This document shows, one piece after another, positions 1 to 12,937 of a stretch of DNA of 64,000 bases; position 1 is the stretch's first letter, and each line of letters starts with the position of its first letter. The stretch covers positions 2,170,001 through 2,234,000 of the forward strand of contig CM030332.1 of the NCBI GenBank assembly GCA_017654855.1, written 5' to 3'. The translations under genes were made by a program, and so were the position numbers. Below the pieces are notes generated by a model that worked only from the letters and a program-made list of their open reading frames with translations, had not been told where the DNA came from and made no database searches. Source of the DNA: Podospora anserina. Taxonomy: Eukaryota.

Positions 1-739
1 TCGTAGTAAGTAGTATACACTGCAGGCTGTCAGTCTATTTCGGAACTTCATGATCTTCCTGATGGCGCCTGCAATAGGAATTCGCGATGCCCCCTTGAAT
101 GAAGGGTTGGGGTTAATGATGACCGGAATCAGCCCGACCGGCAATGAACGACATGTTAGGTATCCATGAGATAGAAATCATACCTACCTACCTACGCTGC
201 TTGAGATGTAGGGCGTGTCTTGAACATTCAAAGCGTTGGGGAGGGACATTTCAATTATCTCTTTGTTGCCAACCAAGCACGGGACTCAAACAAATCAGGA
301 CTGGAAACAGACGGGGCATGGAGATGTGGATCGGAAGTTGTAGGGGCGTTAGAAAACTGAAGATAGGTAAGGTAGATAATGCCGAGAAGGCCATTTCATG
401 GCAATGTTCGGGGTATAGAAGTGATGGCCCGCTGAGTTGATAGTGCTCGCAGAGCAAGCTTGCTCCTACCTAGCCGGTCAACGCTCACCCGCAACAAAAA
501 CGTAGCGCTCCAGTGGGTATCGACCTTCGTGCTTTCAAGTTTTTGCCTGGCCCACCAATAATTCCGCTTTCTTCGGTCCACACTTTCCCTCTACTTACCT
601 ACCCACTCCATCATCTTCCTGCAGTCGGCCAAGTCTTGTTTGCCCGTTGCTCTACCTCACATTTCCCCGTCGACCTTCCACCTCTGACCCCCAAACATCG
701 ACCTATTACAACCTTTATTGCTTTACAAAAGAGGTCGAG

Positions 740-1983
740 ATGTCGGGGAGAACTGCTGAAACCCCTCTCAGCGAGTTTGGAAGTCGGAGTGACCGCCACC
801 GCAACGACATGGACCAGTCGAATGGACAGAGTCCAGAGCCACTGGAGTGAACAATTCAAATCTTCCCTGGCTCCACGACCAGTTTTCCCATTCCCGAAGT
901 CGGCATCCAAGTTCAGATGCCCCCTCTGGTAAATAATATGACTTCATCGGCTGTTGGCCGTGGTCGGGTCCCGCCAACAGTGAAGATCATTGCCTTTCCA
1001 TCGCCACTACTGCCGCACCTCGCCCACCCCAAGAAGAATGGAGAAGCGCTCCACAAGTCCAACTCCCCACTCTCGCCAGGGGAGATTCGTCCCAAGCCAG
1101 ATATACAGTCGCCAACCCAGGCGACCAGGGGTTGACCGGTATCACTCGTGTCACGAAACGCGGAGTGAGGGGTGGTTTTCGCATCAATCAAGCTCGGTGC
1201 CCGTCTCCACAGGAAGGCCCGCAGGTGTTGAGAGTATGGGCCGTCACCAGCAACCATCACGATCGAGAGAGCGGAGCCCAGCTCATGGTGGTTTTCGGGA
1301 TGATCGCGCTCCGCACCACAGCCAGAGTCCCTATGAACCTGTCATGTCGAAAGAGCCTCCTTATGGTGATTCGTATGGAGCAGGCTTTCTTGAGCAAAGA
1401 ATTGCCAGCAAGCAGAGGACAGTTGGGAACGAGGAACGTCGATCTCAACAACCTCGAAAGCACCGCCAAGGCTCTACCATGGAGCGTCCTCACCGCCAAA
1501 AAGCCCGAATCTCGCACCAGGCTTCGGTTTGCTAGGCTCGCGTTAAAAGAGCTCGAGTTTCAAGCTGATAAGTTGTCCGGGGCCCAACCAGGCTCTACCA
1601 AGGAATGGGGACCGGTTATATCTGATGCTCAGCCGCCAATACCTCCGCCCCACCACTATACCACCCAAGGGCCGCCTCCGAGGGGTATACCAGTCGGGCC
1701 CCGCAGGCAGGATCGATCGAGGGGAGCTACCAGAGCTCAGAGATATAGGTTCTTCACTGAGCAGAGTCGGGATGCTGGGCAGGCTGAGGTCATGCCTTCT
1801 GTCGAGGGCAGAGAGGAGTCCACATTTGAGCAGTTGGAAAAGAATGATATGTTGCTTCAGGCGAGAAACAAGCAGGACATGGTTTTGTTTGGGGCGCATG
1901 ACATGAGAAATGTTTTTGATATGGATCGTGAGAAGAGAAGACCGGAAAATTGGGAGGAGGATATCAATGATTTGCCATACTAG
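740..1983 (+). pseudogene. Disrupted orphan gene, paralog of the 12938-14193 gene
   Basis: Frame from ATG 740 reads MSGRTAETP...PEPLE*TIQIFPGSTTSFPIPEVGIQVQMPPLVNNM...ATRG* (TGA at 848 and 1133). Protein-like sequence continues in two other frames (ORF 990-1535, then the tail of ORF 1132-1983) and ends DINDLPY*. An alternative intact model exists (ATG 822, intron 929-980), but it ignores the paralog-conserved frame. Confidence 0.5.
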
Positions 1984-2793
1984 AAGGGTTTGGTGCCATG
2001 TTGTCGGATGTTTTGTTGGAAGAGTAATGATATGTTGGTTTGGAGGCTGTGGGAACGCTTTGCAAGGAGAAGCTCTCTGTAAACAATGGGCTTTGGAAGG
2101 TACCGCCGCATTCTTATTTCGTCCAATGTCCCAATAAGTGCCAAGGCTGTCACTGATAACATAGAGTATAAAAGGAGTAGCCGAATAGCGGGTGAACATC
2201 ATTTCATGTATGTGATTTTGCTCACTTGTGTCACTGAGTGCATCTGGTTTTGAAGACGTAAGTAGTGTAAGTTTTCCTTAGGTCTTTTTCATAAAAGAAA
2301 CGCCAAAGCCAACGCAGGAGACACTAAACAGTAGACGTGCCCACTGTAAAAAGATAAAGGAAAAAACGTTCGAGGTTTCGTATCGAAGAGGCTTGGAGAG
2401 CCGCAAACGGATGGTGCTTCTGGAAGTCCTCAACCAAGAAAGCCCCCTTTCACAAGATATTGAAATCCATTGCCCGTATGAAGACGTGATAGCAAATGTT
2501 CAACGAAAGAAGTAACCATCCGGACAAGCACTCTTCGCCGAGTAATCAGTCCCGCTTTCGGCTTTCAGGTCTACTTTTATCTGAGCAACTCCATTGAAGA
2601 GGCCTGACAATGCAGGAATTCGGGAGCCCTAATGACATCGTAGACCCGTTTACCCGGGCACCAGGCTATAAACTACTCTATTGTTTTCCTTTTTATATTC
2701 TTTCATAATACTGCTTTGCCCTCCGCAGTCTTCTTTCTTCGACATTCGAAAAGACAACCTCCTACCTCTGGCAAACAAGCAAACAAGGGCAAC

Positions 2794-3516
2794 ATGAACA
2801 AACAACAATTCCAAGGCCACGCCTCTGGCAATATCTCTGGCCCCGGCCCTACCTTTACTCGCCCTCCTCCCACATCCCCAAAGGCCATATCCAGGTCTAA
2901 CCGGAACCGGTCCATCAACGGCACCGGCACCAACATCACCACCGACTTGAACACCCCTCCGGTCTTCAGCCACCCGCCCCCCGCCGCTCCAAGGGCCATG
3001 TTAAACCTCGGTCGAGATCCGCCCATTGCCCCGCTCGACACCAAGATCACCATCCTGAAGGACGCCCTCTTGCAAGAACAAAGGTGCCTGAGAATCCTCA
3101 GGAGCAATATTCGTCGACTGCCGCCCTGGATCCTTCGGCGCAAGGAAGAAGAGTGTCTCGGCCGTATCGACCGCGACGAGGCCAGGTTGATGGAGTTGCA
3201 GAAAGAAGCAAGGTTGAGGGGTTTGGAGTCTGAGGCCATCCACAACACTAGACAGGGCGGTGCTGCAAGCTCCCGCGATGGTAATTTCGAGGGTGATTCC
3301 GGATGGGTAGGTCATCGCGTTATGACTGAGAGGCTTCGGTCTCTGGGCCCGCGTGTTGAGGAAGAGCAAGAGGAGAAGACCGCTGAGATGGATAGAAAGT
3401 ACAGCCGGGTGCTCCGTAGGATGGAGAGGTGGGACGCGAAGTGGGAGAGGGAGGACAGGAAGGAGAGAAGGCGTCAGGAGGCTGAGAGGGAGTTCTTCAA
3501 GAGATTTGAGTATTGA
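2794..3516 (+). CDS. Hypothetical protein with Pro-rich N-terminus and charged coiled-coil C-terminus (240 aa)
   Basis: Single-exon ORF from ATG 2794 in AACATG context, with an E/R/K-rich helical C-terminal half. No family recognised. Confidence 0.6.
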   Translation: MNKQQFQGHASGNISGPGPTFTRPPPTSPKAISRSNRNRSINGTGTNITTDLNTPPVFSHPPPAAPRAMLNLGRDPPIAPLDTKITILKDALLQEQRCLRILRSNIRRLPPWILRRKEEECLGRIDRDEARLMELQKEARLRGLESEAIHNTRQGGAASSRDGNFEGDSGWVGHRVMTERLRSLGPRVEEEQEEKTAEMDRKYSRVLRRMERWDAKWEREDRKERRRQEAEREFFKRFEY

Positions 3517-4496
3517 AGCCGGAAGAGAGGGGGTGCCATTCGGGGTGTTGGAAATTGGGGAACTGGTAGTGGAGCACCTTAACTGGTAGTTATACATCCA
3601 ATTTTTTCAAGAGGAACCGAAAGTCAAGATACCTAAGGTTGTATGTCGTGATAAAATTTGATTATGCAACTTTGTCATTGCCATGCTGAGATGAATTTTC
3701 ACCGCCGGCGAGCGAGCTGAAGTGGTTTACAAGCAATGACTATGAGCACGTTCGTGAGCATGTGTGGTCCGTTGGCGTGGGCTCGAATCACCAGGCAATA
3801 TATCATCAAAATCGAGGAGCAAAGCGCTGTATTGTTAAGAAGAAGAATCATCCTCCAAAGCTCAGCAAAGCCTATAAAACACCGTCCTCCACCATTCCCC
3901 ACTTATCGTCCCACACATGCTTCCGCCTCCCCACGCACCAAACTGGTTTACAAGCCATGTTCACCTGCATTTTCGCAAGCTTTTTTGCCGGTTCCTCGCG
4001 CGCCGAAGTCGTCCCAGCTATCGCGATTTCGGCTTTCCTTCACACGTTTGAGAGCGTTTGAGACTGAAGATCAGGAATTCACCTCGGTTAACAGCCAGTC
4101 AGAGAACCCCTCCCCAGCACGTTCGATAACGAGGAGGCACAAGTGGTTGTGGTCCGTTAGTTGGGTCTTATTACGCACGATCATCCATCTTCTAATAACA
4201 ATTTCACATGTCTCAGCGCTGTCCCAGGCCACTTGGTATTGGAAGGGCGTAGCACTGAAAGAAGTATAAAAGGCTTGATTGGGCACCTTTTGGCGTCGTG
4301 CCACCTGGGGTTGTGCCAAACAGTGTGGTCTCGCACTGCACTTGTCAAGTCTCTCCAATCGGCTAAGAAATTCATCATCTTTTGCCCTCCAATGGTCAAA
4401 GGACAAATGCTCAGCTTTCATCTCTCTCACGAAGAACTTGCAATTTCTAACGTTGTCAGCATTCTTTGTCAATACTGGCGGTCCCAACACTTCGTC

Positions 4497-5888
4497 ATGG
4501 AGGGGCTATGGATGACGGCGATTACATAACAACCTCTGGGGATGTAATACCGGTCTCCAAGACCTGAGGAACGATTCCGGGCTCTTCGAATAACACGGTC
4601 AGGAAACGGGCAGGAAGAACTCGCATACAACGACATCGAGCTCCGCGCCTTGCAAAGCTACTTCTCCGACGATGTTTCAGCAACGGCCCCGGACGCTAAT
4701 ACCCCTATTCTGAGACTCGTTTGTATCCCAATGAATACAGTAGGACATGTATCGCTCTCTAGTTATCAAGATCTCCAGCATATTCTATTCCGATCAATCT
4801 TCCTGACCATTTCAATGTCCAGCCCGAGGATTTTGAGGACCGGAAACCGCCCCTAACAATTAGCAAGCCCGTCTCGCTCAGACTTCTTGACTGCCTGGAA
4901 TTCTTCACAGGGGAATTTTGCTCCGCACTCTCACTGCCATTCGTCCTAGCTGTCTACACATATTCATGGATAGAGGAGTACTTGGTCAACAGTCTTCACA
5001 GGGTCCGGCATGTTATCCAACTTACCGGCCATGGCGACTCGGTGCATAAACCTGACCTTGAAACGTCCATGGATGGGCAAAACCCAATGGCTACAGCACA
5101 TAAAATGGGGGCGACGCACAAAATCATCATCAAAACGCTTCCAAGCACGTGGAAATTGTGTTGACTCTGCTTGATCACCTTGTACAGCAAGGTGCAACAG
5201 GCCCCAGGGATAAGACGAGCCTCAGTGTCCTTTCAGCAGTGGTGCTTCTTCGTCGCCAGGTAGAGAGCGCGGGAAAGCAGTGCCAGTATCTCGACAACCG
5301 CAGTTGAAACCAGTCAGAAGTGGTGAGTGAACCCAGCAGTCAACCGCTAGGACATACCAACTGAGATGAAACTAACCTCTTCTATTTGTCTCGGCCCAGC
5401 TCTTCGCCTCCCTCACCCATGAAGACTCAGCATCCAACATGAAGATCGCCGATGCCAGCAGAGCGCTCGCCGAAGCGGCCAGTAGGGACGCCTCGTCGAT
5501 GAAAACAGTTGCCATTGTGACCATGGCTTTTCTTCCGGCAACGTTTCTCGCCGCCTTGTTTTCGATTCCGTCGTTGGGATGGGACGAGCCAGACAAGTTC
5601 TAGGTGTATTGGGCATGTGTCATTCCAACCACCATTGTCACTTTTACCTTGTGGGCAGGGATCACTCAGCGTGGGCAGATACTTAAGTTGATGAGGTCCA
5701 GACGAGACAGAGATCCAGAAAAGGCAGAGGCCATGAAGTCCAGTACACAGGCTTCGGTGGCATTCTTGCGCCTCAGCCGCTCTGTTCTCCGACTTGACAG
5801 GCTCAGTACCTGGCATCTGAACGTCTTGCGTCGCAACCTGACTTTGTTTTTTGGTTTGATCACAACTCCATCAAGTACTGATTCATAA
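4497..5888 (+). pseudogene. Fungal CorA-like (Mg2+ transporter-like C-terminal domain) pseudogene
   Basis: After an intron (about 5324-5400): LFASLTHEDSASNMKIADASRALAEAASRDASSMKTVAIVTMAFLPATFLAALFSIP...DKF*VYWACVIP, the typical RDxSSMKTIAxxTMxFLP and FWxYW motifs. In-frame stops (TAA x2 near the 5' end, TGA about 5305, TAG 5601-5603) and frameshifts. Confidence 0.75.
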
Positions 5889-6516
5889 CCTACATAACCA
5901 AGTCTAACTGAGACCGCAGTGAACAGAAGCGGTCGTTCCTTAATTATCGACCTCAAGCCACGTCTCCCATGCTTGGCTCAATGTCTGGCAATCGTGCCTG
6001 GGCTATTCTCTGTGTGGCTTGCAGACAGTCTGACACTGCCATGAAAGGGTAAACAGCCGTCGGCAGCTCTCCTCGAATAAGAACGGATGCTTGGGTGACT
6101 CGTCATGAGTTCTGGTGTAACGTCTTCGGAGTTAGAGGCGGCTGAAGGCCAGCTCCCACACCAAACCGCTTAAGCAGGCCAACCAGCATACGACAATCAT
6201 TTGTGACTGGAGGATAGGTGCCAGCAACGTAAAGGGCTTCATGTGAGGCGCTGGACGCCAGCCTTGATGTGCAACGCGAGCTGGAGGCCTAGGCATGTAG
6301 ATAGTGGGTAGTGCATTGGATAGGCTGGGGTTCCAAGCACTGACGATGTTTGGCGTGTATATATTGTGTGATTCCCTTTTCTCCTATCGTCGATCTGGAG
6401 CAGAGGTTCAAGCCTAACCTAACAGTTTGAAACCACATACCCTTCATCTTTCTTTCTTTACTTACTTTTCTTTCGGCAACCTGTGTGACATTCGTTAATA
6501 TCAAACACTTGAAGAC

Positions 6517-7786
6517 ATGTAGGAAAGCTATGACGTCCACCACTGCTCTACTCAGCTAACTTTGTCCAAGGCATCTAGCAATCCCCAAATTAGCCTCCCT
6601 GGCCACCATCCTCGCACTGACAGGGCAGATCAGTGCGAGAGTCACCATCTCTCCTCCACAGAACTCAACATGCGAACCCCTCTTTGGCAAAATAGAGGCC
6701 ACAAACGGCGGCCGGAAGATCGGGGTTGTCATCGATAGGTCCGGTTCAATGGAGGACACCGACCCGAGCAACCTCCGTCTCCAAGCCGCCAAGCTCCTCG
6801 TCGGAAAGCTGATTCCATCCTCCGGCACAACCACCGGTCAAACCGCCGACCAAGTCACCATCGTCCAGTTCAACGAGACAGCCGAGGTCCTCTACCCCCT
6901 CGGTGACCCCAGCGGTGCAGGAGCCACAATCGACGGCATCCCCGCCAACGGCGGGACCTTCATCGGCGGCGGCATCTCCGCCGCCGTCGACGAACTTACA
7001 AGAAGCGGCAACAAGCCCGACGCCGCCGGCATCTTCGTCCTCACCGACGGAGCCGACGACCCCCCCTCCCTCATCTCAGACACAATCGACTCCATCAACC
7101 GCGCCCAACAAGCCGGCATCCGCGTGTCCTTCGGCTTCCTCTCCGTCGACGCGGAGGAGCAAGACTCCCGCATCACCTCCGCCATCCTCAGCTCGGGCGG
7201 CACCTTCACAACAGTAAACACAGCAGAAGACACCTCCAAGCTCGTCGCCCAAGCCCTCCTCAACGGGCTAGTCGGACCCCCGCAGACAGGCAGCGTTCCC
7301 CTGTTACCTGGTCTCAAAACAGCGGGGATGCTCTCCCAGACAAGCCTCACCACCTTTTCCTACGCTGCCCAGAGCGGCGAGGCGTTCAATGTCACTGTCA
7401 CAGCCATCGACAATATCCCCCTCAAGGCCACGTTGAAGCAAGCGGGTCAGACGAGTGAGATCAAATCTGCTGTCACAGACACCTCAACTGGGATCGCGCT
7501 GCTGGAGTACACCACGTTCTCGACTGGGAATTACACCATTGAAGTCTCGTCGGCTGGTGGGTCAAAGTCGGGGCTCTTTGCGGTGCAGATTGGGAGCTCG
7601 CTTGACCCGTGCAAGCCGTCAAACTCGACGGTGCCGCTTCCTTCTGGCACCGGGGCGATTCCTTCCCCCACTGCTTCGACTGTTTTCACTGCTGGGGCTG
7701 TGCCCATGGGTGGTAATGCGGCTTTGCAGATGGGGGTTGGGTTGTCTTTGATGGCGGCTTTTCTTGAGATGTTTTTGAGTGGATAA
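6517..7786 (+). CDS. Secreted, probably GPI-anchored von Willebrand factor A domain protein
   Basis: Exon AT (6517-6518) + intron 6519-6570 + exon 6571-7786. Signal peptide MHLAIPKLASLATILALTGQISA, MIDAS motif VVIDRSGSM, GGT and VLTDG motifs, a beta-rich PPC-like domain, S/T/P linker and hydrophobic C-terminal tail. Confidence 0.85.
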
Positions 7787-8038
7787 TTGATAGGGTAGCT
7801 TGGTGTGATGGCTTACATGTCTGGATCTGTGAGGATGGGTTCACATGTTTCAAATAAGTTGAGGTTGTTCAAAAGAATCCTTGTTCAGCACGTTAGGTAG
7901 ATGAAGAAATTCAGGAACTCCAAGATTTCTATCAAAACCCAAAGAGCGGTAAGGCAGCATTTGCAGGGGTCATCAACACAACCCCTTGAGAAAGTCAACC
8001 CACAACGCCACAGGCCATCAAATCACAAAGCTTTTCCC

Positions 8039-10253
8039 TCATTTAAACTCCCCATGACAGACATCATCCGAACGCATTCTCATCTCCGCCTCTTCCACAG
8101 CATGGTCCCAATTAGCCTGGTACAGGTACCAGAGCTCCACGCTCGAAACACTGCGTGATTCGTTAGTCCAAGCCACTGGGCAGACAAGCTCGACCACATT
8201 GGAAAACTTACACTGCTAGGCCAATGGCAATGCCGAACCAGAGCCCCTCCAGTTTCCATCCAAGAACCCATCCAGTCGAGAACGAGATAGGCAGCGCCAC
8301 GAGATAGTACGAACCCAAGTTGGTGAAGCTACCAATGCTCTGCCTCCCGATACCCCTGAGAAGGCCGTGTGATATTGCTGCCAGGGCGTCAAACAGTTGC
8401 AGGACAGCGCATATGGGTAGCACTTCTGACACGATGGCTGCAACCTCTTCGTCATTTGTAAAGAGGTACGGTATCTTGAATCGGAGGCTGCTGAGCAGGG
8501 CGAGGTTGAACAGTCCCACCAGACATCCAGCCACGAGTGCCTGTCGAGATGTAAGCTATTGCTCGCTGACGATGCCAAAGGAAAAAAAAAAGAAAAAAAG
8601 ATGGCACGTACCACTTTTGCGCTGGTCTTCGCAGCGCCACTTAATCTGGCCCCGATAAGGTTTGCCACGCGTGTTGAGGCCGCGATGGAAAGTGGAAAGG
8701 GGATGTTGAATGTCGTGGACGTCACCGTGACAACGACGCTCTGTGCGGCAAGATGAGCACTGCCGAATTGACTGGCTGCCAGTGTGAGAACCTCAAAGGC
8801 AAAATACTGCGCTTCAACCATGATCATTCCAGGAAGAGCAAGCTTGACCATTGGCCCTATTCAGATTGGTCAGCATGGGAGATTCGTACAAGGCGTGTTT
8901 TGGTGACGAGGGACAAGTGGGTCCCCGAAAAGGGGTAAGAAGGTCAAAGTGCCAAGGTTGCTTACCCCAGTTGCTGAAAGCTCGTCGAGTGAGCCCATTC
9001 CAGCACTCCATGCCTTCAATGAACCGAACATAGAGGAAAAGCAGGAATGGAAGAAGATTCTGCGTGAAGACGACGGCTGTTGCAGCGCCCGTGAACCCCC
9101 ATCCCATTTTCCATACAAAGAGCCAGTTGGCAAAGATGTTGACTGAAGCGCCAATGAGAAGAACAAAAGTTGTTGCGTGAAACAGACCCTGAGCCTGCAC
9201 GAAGCGCTTGCCGCTCTCGAATGCCGCAACGCCAGGTGTCCCGAGAATCAGCACCCGGAGGTACAGTCCCGCCAGCGCAGCTGTCTCGGGCTCCGGAATG
9301 ATCGAGGCTAGCACGCTTCCTGAAAACCACCACAGGGTAACAATGGGAACTAGCAGCATCCACAACAGATATGTCATTCTCTGAAGCTGCAGTCCGACCA
9401 AGTGTTTGTGGCCAGATCCATAGGCTTGGGCACAGAGCGTATCCAGGCAAGTTGAGAGGCCTTGAACTGGGGCGTAGCAGGTGATGTTGGCGGTCATGGT
9501 GGCGAGACTGACGGCTCCAAGTTCCAGACGACCAATGCGGCCCACAGTGAAAACACTTGTGACAGTGACCGAGTAGTGTAGAAGGAATGTGATGATCAAC
9601 GACCTCGAGTATTGTGTGAGAGTTTGGGCTTCGCGCTGCCACGTTGTTTTGAGGACATTGGCAGCTACCGCCGCTTCCCATCGGTTGATCTCTTCGCTCT
9701 CGGTCGGGGACGGCGGGTCCAGGTAGAAGTCTTGCAGCAGAGGTGTGCTCTCGAGGGCTTTTGTGGAGGATGCCGAAATGATAGGGCCAACCTCATCGCT
9801 CTGAGGTACTTTGGTACTGAACATCCGCCGATACATCTGCCTCCAGGCTGGCTCGGCAAGTCCTCGACGATGCTTAGGAGGGAGGATATGGTTGTCCCGA
9901 AGTAGACTCCTCTCGGCATCACGAGAGAGTGCGACATCTGAGCTTGCAGCTGTCTCAGTCGTGATGATGGGTCTCAAGGTGCCATAGGCTACACCACTAG
10001 ATCTCGGTGCAAAGGATGAGCCTTGGGCGTTGGTCACCTCCAGGGGCTCGGTCTCAAAGTCGACATCATCGTCATAGTCGTGCCCACAGCGGCAGTCGTG
10101 GGTTCCGTAGTCATCGCAGCATTCTGCAAGGTCCCTAGCTAGGATTTCTTGCGCAATGGGCGACGAGGATAGGTACGAGTTGGAGACGAATGTTGATGCC
10201 TCCAACAAGCGGTCAGGACGGGGCTTGAACTTGATAGGCTGTGCCGGCGACAT
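8039..10253 (-). CDS. MATE family efflux transporter (Erc1-like)
   Basis: Motifs GLSTCLDTLCAQAYGS, KRFVQAQG, SIAASTRVANLIG, GLLRGIGRQ, LEGLWFG. Introns 8857-8965, 8541-8611, 8151-8211. Confidence 0.93.
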
Positions 10254-12937
10254 TGAGAGGAAGCTGGAAATGACTCAGGGGCAGCTTTCTGGGAGGGGTG
10301 AAAAAATTGACAAGCACGATGCCCGGGTTGATGAGACCAGAGCCAACCACGCCGACAAGAGCCCAAGACCACCGTGAAGAAAGCCCTAGCACCAAGGCCT
10401 GGTGAGAGGCCATGGCACCTTTTTATGCCAAGTAGGCTGGTGCTCGAACTTTTGACAGATACGAGGTTGTCTGTTTCGCCATCGACCGGTGGAAAGCGGT
10501 GAGATGGCGGGTCGTGGGTGTGGTGAAAGGGGGTGTGTCGGATGGCGGATGATGCACCATACTGCGGAAAGGAGTGGGCAGCGGGATGGGCGGCACCTTA
10601 TCTTGCCTGCCACGAACAAGATAGCACAGGAGAGAACCTCGCATGTATAGCAGGTCTCGACGAAGTTCTAGTTCTCAAAAGCTGGCGGAATCCTACATCT
10701 AGTCACAAGCCTAGGCCATCTTGATGGTGGGGGGCGACAGGGTAAGGGAGGGTCAGTTGCGTTGCTCACCACGCCTGTGGCAATCATCGATATGCTTCTC
10801 CAAAGAACCTTTTGGATCGTGAACGCCATGGTGGGAAAATACCCGCCATGTGTAACTGGATGGTGGTGCAGATCCAACATGGGGGTGCCCCCATGGCGAG
10901 ATGGTCTGTCGCGGCGGGCAAGTGTGGGAGGTGTGTGTGTGTGTGCGTGATATCGAACGTCGATGCATCGGCACAAGCACCGCCGTTGCGACCCTACTAG
11001 ACACAGCCATGATGAACCGGGAAATCCGAACGCGTTACTGGTCAGCTCTCAGATGGACAATTGTTGCCGGCCATGAGAGTTTTGTCGAATTGTCGATCCT
11101 GTTACATGCAGTATGCAGCACGTCCTTGGGATGGGTGGTATGGCATGCTGCAAGCCTGCAAACGACCATTTTCGGTCGCACTGGGCCTCCTTCCTCGGTG
11201 GGACAGAAAAGGATTAAGCCAACACCACCAGCTGTTGTGTGGTTAAGGGACGCGTCTAGAGGCGAAGAGTTCGATAGCGTGCGGTTGTGAAAGAGCAGCC
11301 TTCATGAGAGCTATTCCATCCAAAGCACAAGCAGAGCCGCCCTGAGAAATGGTGAGATCGGTTGTCAAACGTCGTCAAACGCCCACCTGGGCACCGGTGT
11401 GGCTGGCCACCCTCAATGTAGCCTTCCGTGGGGAACGCGCCTGGCTTTCTCTGGGCACACTTTTGAGGTATGGCCACCCCCAATGGAACTTGGAAGCTTC
11501 ACACACATCAGGGACGGGTAATTTGCCCACTTGTCGGACTGGAGCTACCTGATCCTTCCATCGAGCTAGCTACCCCTCAGTTTCACACATGGAGCTCTTG
11601 TCCCGGGTCTTCGCCGCCGTGCTCCTGGCCCACCTTATTACCGTTCGACACAGGACAATGACAACAAAAGATTGCGAGTAAATACCGCAGGTCCAGCAAG
11701 GGAGGCTGAGCATTTGTGACAGGATAATCTGCAAGTGTTACTCGAAGGAATCACGACCGGTCAAGGGGCAATTTCGATCATCTCGAGCTGTACAAGCTGG
11801 TGGCTTCTGCACAAGAAACCGGCTTTTTCTTGCCTGCCGTCGGACCCCTCACTTTCCTGCCCCCCGTCCCGGCCACCCTCGCTCCTCTTGCTGCTCCCTT
11901 GCTCCCCACCACTGGGAGCTGTCAAGCTGACAATATCCGAAAACCAAGACAAGCGGAACATTTCCATGTGACCCATCCGTTATGCATCTTTTTCAAAACT
12001 TTCACATCCTTCTGCTCCCCCAACACCTCCATTCCAAGAAACAGTTGCAACGTTCGCGGGATGTGGAAGAGATTGGTACGTGGGGTTCTTGGTTGCTCAT
12101 TGTTTCCTGTCCAACCATCCAAGATGCCTTGCAGATGATGGATGCAAAGCTATGCCTGCACACCACCTTCAATTTCACCTTCCGGGAGTTGTGCGGTGTG
12201 AGGAAGGTGTCCTAGATTCGTTGTCACCGCTATTTCCTATCAGTACAAAGTTAAAATCGGAAGAGCCTTTTCAACCTTAGCGCCTCTCGGTTCCATTCAA
12301 GGGGAAAAGGCCCGAGGGCAGACGATCACCAGCAATGATTGTCATGTTTTAGGATAAAAGGTAGCTGTGCCTTACATAATTCTTAATGGAAGGCTGAAAC
12401 AGTTCAGGTATCCAATGATGCGCTCAGTGCTCTGATATGTTGACGCCGCCCTATGTTGATTCCATACCTGGAGTAACCCGGCAAGTGATTTTGAAGCGTC
12501 AGTTGAACATAATGATATTGGATCCTACCCTATTCATCTGCTCAACTAAGCCTTTATGTTCCTCCACATCCTATCTAATTTCCAACTTGCAATTGGCTTT
12601 ACACAGAGTGCCTGTTAGTCACACAAGGCCTTAGTATTATATGGAATACATACTTTATAACTACAAGAAACTACAATAACTAGTACAATAGACTGAAGAC
12701 ACCCGCGCAATGATACCCATCCCCATAAAGTCCCCACCCTCGTGTTCCTAACCCTACATGTACCGTTCTTTTTAAGACAATGTGCCTACGATATCCCATA
12801 ACATAGGTAACCCGCTGATGGAACAATATAGACCGCGTCCAAACCACCAACAACCTCCAGCGTCTGTTGCCGGTAGTGTGCTACACAGATCGTTACACTT
12901 CGCCATGATATCTGATGCTCCAACATTCTTTCAAGTT

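Noticed and set aside
822..1983. Intact two-exon gene model (intron 929-980)
   Set aside because: Formally open, but it reads the paralog-conserved block out of frame or as intron. Kept only as an alternative.
5601..5603. TAG at a conserved Trp as a target of sexual-stage A-to-I stop-codon correction
   Set aside because: The same gene has additional TAA/TGA stops and frameshifts that editing of this one site cannot repair, so a pseudogene is more parsimonious.
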